Of a DNA stretch of 64,000 nucleotides, positions 27,623 through 41,519 are shown in pieces. The notes beneath the pieces are model-generated. The model worked only from the letters and a program-made list of their open reading frames with translations. It had not been told where the DNA came from and searched no databases. The DNA lies in NCBI GenBank assembly GCA_951406725.2, contig OX597817.1, forward strand, positions 97,526,001 through 97,590,000, read 5' to 3'. The position numbers were made by a program, and so were the translations under genes. Every line of letters begins with the position of its first letter. The first letter of the stretch is position 1. The DNA is from Octopus vulgaris. Lineage: Eukaryota.

Positions 27623-29067
27623 GGCACTGTCATGCTTTTAGTTGTCAGGAGGAAAGTAGAAAAAGTGTGACGTCAATTTGACGTCACTCGTCCACCTTCG
27701 TTTCTTTCCGTAGAATTTATCAAAACGCGTGTAAATTTATCAAAATAAAAAACGCAAAATTTATCAAATTAAAAAGCGCAAAATTATTCGGTAGAATTTA
27801 TCAAATTAAAAAATGCAAAATTAATATATTTTTTGAAATTGCAAATTATTTAGAATGTAAAAATATAATTTTCAACAGAGAGAATTTATCAAAATATAAA
27901 ACAAATGAAGCTTGAAGTTAAGTTTAAAAATAAATGTGATACTTATGCTCTGTAGATACTTATACTCTCTAAGGTCTCAAACACATGGATATAGCTGTCG
28001 AATTTGCTCCAATAACTTTCCAAATGTTTCGTCCTTAAATTCATAACGCCACATGAATTCGATGAGATGGGTCTGAAGTAAATTTCGGGCTGTTCCATTT
28101 TCTCTTTTGTTACGATTCTTCACATGCTTCCATAAACATTCTATATGGTTGGTTGTGGCAAATGTTACCGGATCAACAAAATTTATTGAATGATTCACGG
28201 TCAAATGCCTGTATCCTAGCTGATTGAGCGTATTATACGAACGCCAAAGGTCGGAAATTATGGTAGTACCAGGCAATATATGCTCTTGTATAATTTGCAA
28301 AAGGGTGTCCGCTGTCCGATCTTCCACTGCCACTAAAAAACATCTTCTGGTATCTCTTTCTAAAGCGCCAAAAACCCACTGCGTTTTAACCCGATGGCCA
28401 ACATTATATTTTCTTCTAACAAACGCGCTTTCGTCTATCTCTACAATTCGGTTCGGCCCTCCGAGCTTAATGTTTTGTGCAACATAATATTCTGCACATA
28501 TATCACGGCAAAAATTCCTCCAATCTGTTACGGCTACATTTGCTATATGACATTCCTGTCCTATTCCCTTTGCTAAATTTTATTTTGCCCAATAATATAA
28601 TATATCAATAATTTGTTGACACTTCAATTTACTATTTTCTAGAAATGTTCCTTTTCTAATTGAAACCGTTTTTCTACAAGGCCTAACATGACCATATCAA
28701 TTCATCCGACAAATTTTTTTTCGCTATTTCACTCATGCTACCTCCACACGATATACATATTTTCTGGGTATTCAAAAGTCCATGTCTCTTAAGCCAATTA
28801 ATGCTATCTGGTGTTGTAGCCATGGCGATGGCAATATTGTGGTGATTAATTCCTTTTAGACTTATTGAAGCCATATTGAAAATTTTTTCGCACGTGTTGA
28901 TATCAAAGTGAAGAACTTTCAAACTTTGAATTACGTGCGGTGGTGGTCAGTGGTCATGCTGATTGGTGTATGTGATCGTGGTGGTGGTCATTTGTGCAGA
29001 TTTGGTGTGATTTCTTTTTTGTTGAGGTCTGACGTCAGATTTTTCTATTTTCACTTCTGACAGTGCC
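27623..29067 (-). mobile_element. Merlin (ISXO2/IS1595-like DDE) DNA transposon, pseudogenised
   Basis: Frame ~28580-27977 is open: VEIDES...QWVFG...PGTTIISDLWRSY...HLTVNHSINFVDP...TNHIECLW. N-terminal CISC zinc ribbon at 28683-28922. Termini GGCACTGTCA / TGACAGTGCC. Confidence 0.88.
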
Positions 29068-29248
29068 TATATTTTTAGTTATGGAAGATCCGATTCTGAA
29101 AAAAAAATTTCAAAAATCGCATTTTCAAAATTTCAATTCTCCGGCCTTGGCCTTCAAGCGGGCTATTCACATGCTAGAAATAACAGCCAAATCTCACAAA
29201 ACTGCGATAACATAACGAAAGAAATATGTAATCAATCTACACACCTTT

Positions 29249-29514
29249 GGCGATGCTTCGGTATATGTACCGGTGTACTTCCGGAAGTACCGGATACATT
29301 TCAAAAAAGTTTTTTTTTATATATATGGGGAGGTTAGGGTTAGGGTATGTGGCGATGCTTCGGTATATGTACACACGTGACTATGTTTACATTTCTGAAG
29401 ATAACAGAAACCCTTTTCTCCCACCCCTAACCCCCCATATATAAAAAAAAACACTTTTTTGAAATGTATCCGGTACTTCCGGAAGTACACCGGTACATAT
29501 ACCGAAGCATCGCC
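29249..29514. mobile_element. MITE with ~90-bp TIRs and 9-bp TSD (Merlin- or Mutator-type)
   Basis: GGCGATGCTTCGGTATATGTACCGG...CCGGTACATATACCGAAGCATCGCC; CACACCTTT duplicated at 29240-29248 and 29515-29523. Confidence 0.9.
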
Positions 29515-30429
29515 CACACCTTTCTGCAAAGATTTCTTTCAGAGTAATTTGCCGCAGTAATATGATAAAGTAATTCACGCGAAATTAAAGTTGTTTTTTT
29601 TATTTTTAAACTTTTTCCGATTGTTTTTCAATCAATCTACGTGGGAATATACAGAGATTAAGAATATGGAAAAAATAAACACAAATTCAAATTTTTTATG
29701 AAAATCTCCGACCCAAAATTCCCCCACCTCCCCGCAATCCTGCTGTCTAAAAGTGAAAATGTCTTGTCTGAATTAAAGTTTTGTGAATGCGATTTTTGAT
29801 TTTTTTTTTTTTTTTTCGGAATTGGATTCTCCATAACCAAAAACGTGGGATTCTGTAGAAAAAAAAATCAATATATATCCATTTTCCCAAAGTTATGACG
29901 GAAAAATCGGATCTTGTGAATTTTCCGAAAGTCGCTCTCCCCACCCCCCAGGTTTGTTTGCGCAATTTTTTGTCATATTCGTTTTCTACACAGTTGTTAA
30001 CACTCAGCAGGTAAATTGTTAATTATTTGACGTAGGTTAGCAGCAAAATGTGAAAAATTTGGGAGGATGATAAAATCAATCAAGAAATTTAGTAACAATT
30101 TGAACCCGACTGCTTCTGCAGTAGTGAGTACATAATATTGTGTGCGATAAATATATCACTTTGTTAAATTATACAGCAGTGAATTGCGAAATCGATAAAT
30201 ACAGATGTGTGTGTGAGTATATATATATACATATATATAAACCGAGGTACTACTGTATATATATATATATATTAAGCATAAACCAAAACAAAAGATTTGT
30301 ATGAAACAGCTATGACGTGGGGTAAACATATGGCAGACATATAAGTATAAAGAAAAGTTAAAACGTTAAAAACAAGAATATAAGTAGACACATCTAAGGT
30401 ATGTATCAAGAGACTTGTCATCAACTTAC

Positions 30430-30503
30430 TTCTGATGAGATGAAACACTTTGAATACGTGCAAAATTTGCCCGAAGTTCGTTTATCTCATCCCAGGTAGC
30501 CAT
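30430..30503 (-). CDS. UFL1: UFL1 (E3 UFM1-protein ligase 1) coding exon 1
   Basis: ATG at 30503; translates MATWDEINELRANFARIQSVSSHQ(K), resembling the UFL1 N-terminus (human MADAWEEIRRLAADFQRAQ, recalled). Ends in donor AA|gtaagt; 74 nt, phase joins exon 2. Confidence 0.88.
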
Positions 30504-32369
30504 TGTTGTTGAACTCTTCACAATTGAAGTTACATTTCCCCTCTCTTTCGTGGAAGATTTCTGTGTGATTAGTGTAAGAAAACTATTGCTGGACGTCTTG
30601 ATGCTTTGTGCAAAAGTACGTGTGCATTGAATGCATAATAATTATTAATTACTACATTGTTTTAGGCAATGTAATAATAATTAACAGGGTTAAAGTTTAC
30701 TTGGATCTGTTCAGTTTCGCTCACAGATTAATTTTTTTTTTTTAACTAAACAGTTTGAAACTTTGTATACTGATGGAATGCCTCATGCAGAACACGGTTT
30801 ACTTTGAACATTTTTGACAAAATTTGGTATTTTAGATGTTATTTTTTGTTAGATTTGTAGTATTTGGGTAATTTCAACCAATCAATGACGTGTATTCGGT
30901 TGAAGAAAGCTACTGGTGTTTGCGATAGTAATTGAAGAGGAGCAGCTGATTTTCTTCTGCTTACTAATGTATTCCATTGGTATCACCTGAAGTTAAAAGA
31001 ACTGAATATACTGGTAAAGAAAAATCATTTTCCACAGGTTGACCTCTTAGTCAACTGTCAAATGATTTCTACTTGACTGTAGCATTGGTAATTTGGGGTA
31101 TCTTAAAGAAAATGAAATTTTGAATTCCTTAAATATTGTACAGCTCTCCAAAACTGCAAAAATGTATTGCTTGAATGGTTTCTGATGGACAAGTAGCAGT
31201 TAGTCATTGAGGATGTTTTCTAATGTTTTGCTATTCAACTTTCAGAGGTTGATAAAATAGGTTCTGTCAAGTAGTGAGGTTCAGCTTAATCAACAATATC
31301 CTTCCTGCAATAAGATGCCTTGTTTATTTAATCAGTGAATGTTAGAACTGATACGGTCTGAAGATATCACTTGTAATTTTTAGTTAGGACCCTTTGTTTT
31401 GAGTTCAACCAACTACTATACCTTTCTTCTCTGAGTGTGAAATACTTGCTAGTAATGTTTTGTGATAGATTCCATAGACTACATCATTTACCCTTCCTCT
31501 TGCAAGAAAAACCTTGTGCCAATGTGAAACTATTTCATTAAGGAAGCAATAGTGGATATCACTAACACAGTAGGCCATTAGATGAGATACTCTAACATAA
31601 CCACTTTGACACATTAATTGTATATGTTTTCATTTCACCAGAGTTGTTAAAATAACATTTGTTACATAGCAATATTCATTTATAATCTTTTCTTCACAAA
31701 TCTTTAATCCAATTACTTGAAGAAATTGTCTTACTGTAAAGAATTTTCAATTACCTATTATTTTCCTCTTTTTACAACAGATACACTGCACACATTTTTG
31801 TACAAATCACATTATTCAACTGCATCTCAAAACTGATTTCATGTTGAAAAATTACTCATAGATTTTTTTATATTGTTAATGTCTTTTCATCTCCTTGTGT
31901 AAAGCTGAAATTAAAAGGGTTAATCATTACTTCCCTTGAAATAACTCGTGAACTTTTCTGACAGGTGTGATTTTCTCAAGTATCTATCACAAAACATTAC
32001 TAGCAAGTTACACTAATTAGAACCATTTTATTGTCTAAATTGATAGGTATTTTGAATTAATTGCCTCATGGGCCACTTATGATGGTAGTTTAAAACACAA
32101 ATACTGTTATATTCCTTGGTCCAACAGTCAGGTTATCAATATCAGTGTGGTCACTGAATCACATACACGGTGATGTTGACCATGGAAGTCAGAAATTAAT
32201 TTGCAGATTTTGACAGTTCCTTGCAGTTTAGCATAGTGTTTCTTTGCTGCACACTTTCATGGTTTCTTTATTATCCCACAAAAGTGATTCGAAATTAAAA
32301 CCCACTAACTAATAAAACAATCAATGTAAGAGAAACACTTCCAGTATATGCTACCTTAACTTGTAGCAA

Positions 32370-33050
32370 TATTGGTTTCAAATTTTAGTACAAGGCCAGT
32401 GATTTCAGGGGAGAGATTAAGTTGTTAAATTGACCCCAGTGTTCAACTGGTACTTATTTTAACAACCCCAAAAGAATGACAAGCAAAGTCAACCTCGGCA
32501 GACTTTAAACTCAGAACATAAAAATGGACGAAATGCTGCTAAGCATTTTACCTGGCATGTTAACAATTCTGCCAGTTCACTGCCTTTATATTTGTTGTAA
32601 TATTATTTTCAAATTTTAGCACAAGGCCAGCAATTTTGGGGGAAGTGGTTAGTTGATTACATTGGCCCCAAGATTCAACTGGTACTTATTTTATTGACCC
32701 CAAAAGGTTGAGAGGCAAAGTTGACTTCAGTGGAATTTGAACTCAGAAAAAAGACAGACAAAATGCCACTATGCATTTTGCCTGGTATGGTAATGATTCT
32801 GCCAGCTCACCACTTTATTTTATGTATCAATATTACTACATGTATAAAGGCAGCAAGCTGCAGAGTTGTTACTTCACCGGGCAAAATGCTTAGTGGCATT
32901 TCATCTGTCTTTACATTTTGAGTTCAAATTCCACTTTACCTCTCAACCTCTCAAGGTAGATAAAATAAGTACAAGTTGAATCCTGGGGTCAATGTAATCG
33001 ACTTACCCACTCCTCCGAATTTGCTGACCTTGCGTTAAAATTTGAAACTA
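32370..33050. mobile_element. Cluster of three Meta-like SINEs (two minus, one plus)
   Basis: Same core as 836-1045, at ~32370-32590 (-), ~32605-32815 (-) and ~32846-33050 (+). Confidence 0.75.
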
Positions 33051-33392
33051 ATATTAATATATAAATATATTAGTACCAGTGTATGGCAATACATTGAAAT
33101 AATATATATATTATATATGCATATGGAGTGTGTGTGTATTTAATTTAGATATATAGATGTACATACATAAACACACACAATTTATAAAAAAAAAATTTTC
33201 CTGTGTTTAATACTGCGATAATAAACACTAAGGCATTCCAATCATGGCCATCCAATTAATGTGTCATCCTTTGATTATGATAATAAATTCTGCCATTAGT
33301 TAGCAAAACAATTTTAGTTTTTATAACAGAATTGTACTGAACTGTTAAATAACTATACAGCTAACTTTTACCTTACTTGGATGATGGTTGTA

Positions 33393-34532
33393 TGTAAGAG
33401 GAATATTTCTAATAAAATTGTATTTTGGTCTCTAGTTTAATCATGCTCAGGAGCAGTGTCCTTGACAACTACAAGGGTTTCTGTTCTTCATTGCTGGCAA
33501 ATAGTAAGTTCCAAACAGAAACAACATGCCTTAATTGAGTTCTTGACAGAGGAAAGGCGAAGGCTGTTTGAAATCCATAGAAAGCTAAGGGTTGTTTACC
33601 AGGATAACAAGAGCAAAGTGCACAGATGGATGAAAGGGTTGAAAGAAGATAAAACCAGCATTGAAGACAGTCCATGCAATGGGGCACCATCAGCTGTTAC
33701 CATTGGCACCTGTCACCAGTGAGTGGGTGACTTGATGAGTTACAATCTGTGAGTTTGCTGCACAACTGGAATGTAGTCACAATGCATTATAGATGATGGA
33801 AGACTGTATATCAAAAAGTATCTTTTTGACACCTGATTTGAAGGAGAAAAGTGTGGAAGCATACTCTGATCTGCTGGAAAAGTTTGAAGACATATTTTTA
33901 ACCATGATGGCATGAAACATGATGTATCTTTATGATCTGTAAATGAAATCTCAGTCCATGGAATGGCATCACACATCTTCCTCAAGGCCTAAGAAGGTCA
34001 AGAACCAGTGGCAGGTACAGAAAGTCATGAGGACTATTTAGGGGAATGACAAGGCATCATTCATCTTGATTTTCTGGAATGTGGCTGTACCATGAACAGC
34101 AAATAATACATTGAGACACTCAAAAGAAAACTTAAGCGAAGCCATTAAGAAGAGACAGAACAAGAATCTGAAAACAAATCGTATTCACCACGACAATGTA
34201 CAACCACACACATCTTTGGCAATAATTCAGGCAATCTGAAAATTGGGTTAGGTAGGGGTTCCTTCCTCTCTGCTCAGCTCAGATCTGGTACTTTCCGACA
34301 TATACCTGTTTGGTCCTATTAAGAACATCTTCAGAAACAACAATTTAATGACACAGATGAGGTTAAAGTGTCTGTGAAGAAGTTGATGCAACAGTGCACA
34401 CTGAATTTTTTTCAAAAAGGATTCATGAATTGGAAGTTACTCTACCAAAATGTGCAGTTTGAATGACTGATGTCAGTTAATAAAAAAAAAATGTTATGCT
34501 CACTTTGCACTACTTTCAGTATAACCCTTGTA
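33393..34532 (+). mobile_element. Degenerate mariner transposon
   Basis: QHALIEFL...EIHRKLRVVY...VHRW HTH; HHDNVQPH; remnant of the YSPDLAPSD motif; right end ccttg+TA. Confidence 0.75.
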
Positions 34533-34778
34533 TTTGTTGCTAATGAGGTAATCTTTATTTATATCTGTGACTTTCTGCTAATTTGAAATCAATAATTTAA
34601 TGGTAAACATCTCAGAAATTAAACTGATTTCTCTAGGTAAGCTAAATAAGCAACACATTTGTTTCCTACTTGAAATCTTATCATTCCACTGAAGCTATAG
34701 ATATTCTTTGAGAAACAGAAACATCTTGAAATTCCATTTCCTCTTTTCTCTTGAGACCAAATTCCACCATAGTCAGCT

Positions 34779-35058
34779 TTGCTTTTCATCCATTTAGAGT
34801 CAATAAGAAAAAAAATAGCACTCAATATGATTGACTAATGTGCCTCCAACCAGCTCTACATTTTCACACAGTGCCTATGGGAATAGAATTTTCAGTTTCT
34901 TTTCTCTACTTTCATGTATTGCTTTTCATCCATTTAGAGTCAATAAGAAAAAAAATAGCACTCAATATGATTGACTAATGTGCCTCCAACCAGCTCTACA
35001 TTTTCACACAGTGCCTATGGGAATAGAATTTTCACTTTCTTTTCTCTACTTTCATGTA
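34779..35058. repeat. 140-bp tandem duplication
   Basis: 34779-34918 and 34919-35058 differ by one visible substitution. Confidence 0.9.
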
Positions 35059-36889
35059 AGAAGTCTCGCACTAACTCCAAGTTTTAGCCTCAAAACTTGA
35101 ACATGATAAAAACAAGAGAAATTGTATAATAAATGCAATGAAGAGGTAAGGAATCTTAGACTCAGAGGCTGTTGTGAATATTAGTTTGAAAACAGCTTTG
35201 GTGTGTCCATCAATGGGAATTCTTGTTTTAGTCTGTCAACTCTATTGTGCATCACATACTCTGTCTTCCGTTTTCAGTTTTTACATAATCTTGGTGCCCC
35301 AGATCCTCTAGAAATCTCTATCTGCCATAATTTTTCCTATTGACATCAACCTACAGACATTTTTGTAAAAAACTTCTTTTTGTAATCTCTGCTTTTGATT
35401 GTTTTGATTTTTTTTTTGCATTTTCACAGGGTTGCATCTTACACCCTGTTACCATCACTGGTAACAGAACATAGGACAAAAAAAGCTATCTAAAAGCCAT
35501 CAATTGTGCACTGGCACACAAATACATTAAATTTGAAAAATGTTCAGAAAAGGTGCAAGGATCCATTTGTGAACCGCAGCCCACTCACTGTCAATCTCCT
35601 TCATTCATTCTTCCCTGGATAACTGAGTATGTGCTATAGAAAGTTAAGTAATTGAATGTTGAATTCTAGTCTGAGCATTTTCAGTTATAATGTATGTAAT
35701 GATATCAGAACACAAAATCTTCTTGAGTAGGGATGAATTACTGAAGAACATCAAATTATCAGAAATTGATTCAAGTAATGAAAGACATCAAAAAATATCA
35801 ACAAAGGGGAAAAACAATAGCACACTTAATTGTTGAACCTTTTGATGTTTGATGTTTTGAGTTTTTCACAAATTCTTGGTAAAACTTTATATTCAAATGA
35901 GAAAAAAGCTTCCTTTCAGTGGGATAATTGCTAATTAAGGATATTAAATTCAAAAGCAGCTTATTTGCTATATCTATTATTCCACTACATGTTTATTCCT
36001 CTTCCACTGTACTAGAAAGCAATGATCTTGATGATAAAATGGAGAAATTATCATTTTACAATAGACAATTTACCTATTTATACAAAAAATAATCCTGAAT
36101 ACTGGTACAAGTAAAAATCATAAAAGCTGGACTTCATAATTCAAAGTATGATTTGTTATTCAATATTATAACTAAATTAATTATCTTACCACAGTGCTTC
36201 TTTTGTTACAGTGCATTAGAGAGCACTCTTTCAGTGCAAAAGCATCTGTGCTGGTGCCACATAAACATGCTCATGCTAGTGCCATGTAAATGCCAGCATG
36301 GAGAAAGAACATTAAAAGATGATGATGATGAGAGACTGTAACATATTCACTTGCAAAGCAATCTATTATTGCTGTAGAATGCACAATGGAAGTGCCTGGA
36401 AACGAAGGAGTTGTAAGCAAAAGATAGGTGGAAAGAATTTTTAAAGAAGGCAGAAAACAACACTGTGAAGAGGAGTAATTGTATTGCTGCTATTTAAATT
36501 TGATATTTTTATAATTTGGATTTTTACTCTTGAGTCAGGTTTCTTTTTTTTTTTCCAAGCCTGATGTATGTCAGTGGCACTCCTGAACCTCAATTTCACT
36601 CCTATCTTTTTAAATATTATTCTCTCTTTTCTAAATATTCAGTCTGAATTTATCAGATTACCTTAGAAAACTCAAGTAGCCCAGATAACATGAATTCTCT
36701 AGTTGTCTTGAAGTTCATATTTTGTAACAAGGGAACACTACTTGGTCACTAAATTTACTATGCCTGAAAAAGACAGGGTAGTTTTAGCTGGTAAACCTTT
36801 CGTTGTGGACCTACTTAATTAAGGATGACCCACACTTTTCCAATAAATAAAAAAAAATCACCATAGTATTTCTAATTTTTTATTATTAT

Positions 36890-37560
36890 TAAGGTGGTGA
36901 GCTGGCAGTATCATTAGCATGCTGGACAAAATGCTTAGCAGCATTTTGTTTGACATGCTAACATTCTGAATTCAAATGCTGCTGAGGTTGACTTTGCTTT
37001 TCATCTTTTTGGGGTCAATAGAATAAGTAACAGTTGAGCACTACAGTTGATGTAATCGACTTACCCCCTCCCCCCAAATTGGTGCCCTTGTGTCAAAATT
37101 TGGAATTATTATTATCATTATTATCATCTAGGGAGCAAACTGGCAGAATTGCTAGCATGCTGGACAAAATCTTTAGTGGCATCTTATCTGTTTTTACATT
37201 CTGAGTTCAAATATTACTAAGGTCAACTTTGCCTTTCATTCTTTCTGAGTCAATAAAATAAGTAATAGTTGAGCATTGGTCTTGATACTATCGACTGACC
37301 CCCTCCCTCCAAATTGCTGGCCTTGTGCTAAGATTTGAAATTATCATCATAATCATCATCATCTAGGTGGTGAGCTGGCATGCCAGACAAAATGCTTAGT
37401 GGCATTTCATCTGTTTTTACATTCTGAGTTCAAATGCTACTGAGGTCAACTTTGCCTTTCATCTTTTCAAGGTTGATGAAATAAGTACTACTAGAGCACT
37501 GTGGTCTATGCAACTGACAAGCTCCTCCCACAAATTTCAGGCCTTTATGCCTTTAGTAGA
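36890..37560 (+). mobile_element. Three head-to-tail Meta-like SINEs
   Basis: Copies start at ~36890, ~37130 and ~37365, separated by (TTA/TCA)n. Confidence 0.75.
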
Positions 37561-40500
37561 AAGGATTATTAATATTGCTATTATTATTATTATTTTGCAT
37601 AATCTTTATTTCAGAATTTCTGTTTTAATTTACTTTATTGGTAGAATGTTTCGGAGATGGAGGTGGAACCAACCTTCAGTTTGAAATTTTACTTGAAAGT
37701 AAAAGTATAGAGGGAAATATTTCTTGATGCACAATTCAAATTGCGTTTGTTAGATTTGAGGAAAAAAAACCCTGAATAATTTTATATCCTTATGTTTGGA
37801 TAAATGATTTAATGAAGCAGAGGTAAAGTAATGTTTTCACACAACATACTACTGCTATGTGAGACTCCAAATGCCCTGTTATCTCAACGATAACGTTACT
37901 CTTTATAAGAGTTCGACAAGTCCATCTTTTAATCATACAGGGGTGTTAATGTCTATCATCACATCTCCCCTTTTGAAATTAACTTCCGTTGGAAGTGAAT
38001 AAATTTTTCTTTTTTTTTCACACCACACCTCCCTTTTTGAGATTTACTTCCCTTGAAACTTAATATTTTTTTTGTGTTTTGAAACTACCTCTAACAATTC
38101 CATACCTTTTCTTTTTTCTTGTACTGGTACGCCTTGCTTTGACAATTTCTTGCAGAGTTGGCACATCAAAAACATCGTAGAGAACTTCCATGGGTACTTC
38201 CTTCTTTGTAACCCTTCCTTCATCAAACCTTTTCAGCTGATTTATGTGCCTTTTATGTTCCCATTTCGAACCTTTCACCATGTATATCTGGGATACTATA
38301 CATTGCAAAAAGTTTGTGTAGAAAATCCACTGTTACCATGGAAGTTGGGTTTCTACATTTACACATTTCTGGCCATTTTGTAAAGCTATATATCACTATG
38401 ATCCGTTTAATGGTCCTGTGAAGTCTATGTGTAGCCTGGTCCATGAAATATTGGTCTTGGGCCAACGTTAAAATTTTATAATTGGTGATGTTGCTGCAAG
38501 AGCACAACTTCTGCAGGATTTTACCAACATCTCAATATCTAGATCCATCCTGGAAATTCCTGGATGTAGTGAGACAGGTTTATGACCCTCTGTGCATACA
38601 TCAACACATTATCACATATCGAATACAAATTTGAGACTGTACTATGTCCAGCCACAGGTATTTTTTACACAGCTCCAAAACCACTTTCATTAGCATCTGA
38701 TGCCACTATTTCTAAATCTGGGTCAAAATGTGATAACAACAATTCCAACATTAAGATGTTTTTAATTTCTTCAAAAGATTTTTGACATTTGTCTGACCAG
38801 TTCCACTCAACGTCTTTTCTTCATAAGCTATTCAGGGGTGCTCTTAAATCATGCATATTTGGTATGTATACCTGGCAGTAATTTGCAGCCCCAAAAATGC
38901 TTGTAACATAATGTTTGTCAGGGGAGGCATATTTTTTATTGATGGATCTGCTCTGAATCCATTTTCATCGATAATCTGCTCTAGATATTTTATTCTTGAC
39001 ATAAAAAATTCACACTGAGCTTAAAACCAATAATGGCATCAAACATTTAACACTGTTGAAAAATCAGCGCACACAGAGATTTTATTATTTTTTCTTGACA
39101 TAAACTGTTGGGGATGCCCATTTAGCATAATCAGTTTTTTCAATAACTCCAAGCTTTTCAAGTCTATCCAATTCTTCATTGACTTGTTTCAAGGCTGCGA
39201 AAGATACAGTTCTTCTTGGTTTAAATACTGGTATGATGTTTTCTTTTACTTGAAATTTCACCTTTGCTTTGATGCAAAGACCTAATTCATCAGAAAAAAC
39301 TTCAGGAAAAATCTTTTTTAAGTCTTTTTTAAATTCTCTGATGCCTTATTTGTACTGTTGGAAGAAGCATTCACATTTTTACCACAAAAATTTATTGGGA
39401 GGTCCCATAAGTTCCATCCAGTCTGTTCCAAATAAATTTGTCGTATTATTCAGCACAAAAACTTTGGATTTCAAGGTTTTTCCACAAAACATAACAGCAC
39501 TTATCATTTCACCCTTAAAATGTAATTTTTTTCCTGAAACACCATGTGCAATCTTCAAAGGTTCTTTCAGTTTAGGTTTCCTGATTTTTCTCCATGTATC
39601 TGCATTAATTATCATGATATCACTGCCCGTATCCAATTGTAACTTGATATTCACATCATTCATTTTTATGGACACAAATTTTCTTTTTTGAGCCTTGCTT
39701 AGAATTTTTGTTGATAATACTTTCTGACCAGAATGTTTTTGTTTCACTTTTTTTTTGTTTTGCTCTACAATGTGAGCTTCCGATTTTTCCACACTCAAAA
39801 CGTTTTATATTTTTAAAAGGACAGTTACCTTTAAAATGTAAGCCTCTACTCTTGACATTTGTTTTTCTTTTTTCATATCTGTTACAGGTTAACATGTATG
39901 TTATGTCTTGAATTTATAGTCCTCTGGCATTCTTCTGCTACTGCCTATAGAGTTAATTTTTGGTCCTGTTCTAATTTTGTTAATATCTGGGACTGCATCT
40001 TTGCTTGCAGTTAGCCCTTGAACAAAATTTAGATATTTGAACATGTCTGGGGTTAATTCATTTGATTTGAATCTTTCACTCTTTGTTAACAACTCCAGCA
40101 TAGGTGATGAAATCTTCATCTTTTTTAACCAAATTTAAACACTGCCAGAGAGTACTTAACAGGGAACTTCTTTCACTGAAAATTTTCAATAAGTTGTTTC
40201 ATTGAAACAAATCACACCTGGTTTCTTCAGCAGAATATAATTACAATATTTTCCGTGTTTGGCAGGGGATAACTTTCTTAAAAGTAGTTGTACATTTTTC
40301 TTGTCAGTCCAATTTTAAAATTCTTATTATTTTCAAAATAAATTATCTCTCCAATTGAGTTTGTTGCACCGTCTGAACTGAATGACCCTGAAGTATTTTC
40401 AGACTTTTTCAACATTAATTCCAGCAACTGTTGGTTTTGTTGTTGTAGTTGCTGTTGCAACTGCACTATGCAGGCCAATAATTCCTCCATGTTAACAGTT

Positions 40501-40572
40501 TATTTCTTTGGTTTCGTACCAAAACATTTTAATGTTTGATGCAAGTTTCAAATATCACATTACCACTTTTAT

Positions 40573-41083
40573 GACATGGAAAAATACGAGCATGAAAAAT
40601 AATATTCTTAAGATTATAAACCTGGAAAAGTACAGGACAAGTTATTACACCTGTAAAAGTATAGGACAAGGTATTACTTCTAGTAAAGAATAAGAAACTT
40701 TTTACTTAAAATATTGCAGCAAAGAATGCCAGTTCTTCTAATTTATCACTCTTTACAGTTCTCATCTTTTAAATTTACTGTACAAAACTGTTCAGCTAAT
40801 TTGTAGGTTTGTCTAATTATTCACTTTTTTCTGTATATAGGTAGTAAATTAGCCAAATTCTACTTAAATAAATATAGTGTTATTTGTAAACTATAATAAA
40901 ATATTTTTTTAAGATTAACATTTTAATTTTAGCTGCAGTATTTAAGTAAAAAGTTTCTTATTCTTTACCTTACTAGAAGTAATAGTTTGTCCTATACTTT
41001 TACAAGTGTAATAACTTGTCCTGTACTTTTCCAGGTTTATAATCTTAAGAATATTACTTTTCATGCTCACATTTTTTCATGTA
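40573..41083. mobile_element. MITE/foldback with ~150-bp TIRs nested in the Gypsy 5' region
   Basis: 40573-40722 is the reverse complement of ~40931-41083. Confidence 0.8.
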
Positions 41084-41519
41084 ATCCATGATTTTTCCAG
41101 GCATTACTGTTATAAGATGATAATGGGTCAATTAATAATTTAGGATTTTACCTTATATAATACTAGGTAGGGGGATACATTGGCTGCTATTTTTAGCGTG
41201 TCAAGCGACCAGGTAAAGGCTCTTTCATTGGTTTGATTGCGTGATGAGATTCTTTTACACATATATGTATAATATGCATATATATCATTGGCAGAAGTTA
41301 GAGAGTAAGTCAAAAGCTGAGAGTTTCATGTATTGGCACTTATCAAACATGAATTTGTCCATTGTCACTGTAACTTACGACGAAATAACTTCTAAAATAC
41401 AAAATTTTATCAAAAACATTAAGAGTAAACCCTGACATATTGTATCAGTATCGGAATTTTCAAAGTGTTTAGTTAAAAAAAATTAACTAAATAATCTGTA
41501 TGTTAAATTAAATAGATCC

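Noticed and set aside
29329-29345. TTAGGG repeats as an interstitial telomere
   Set aside because: Only two units, lying inside a MITE.
30000-30130. Possible plus-strand exon ending in a gtgagt donor near UFL1 exon 1
   Set aside because: No ORF, partner exon or other support; cannot be judged without transcript data.
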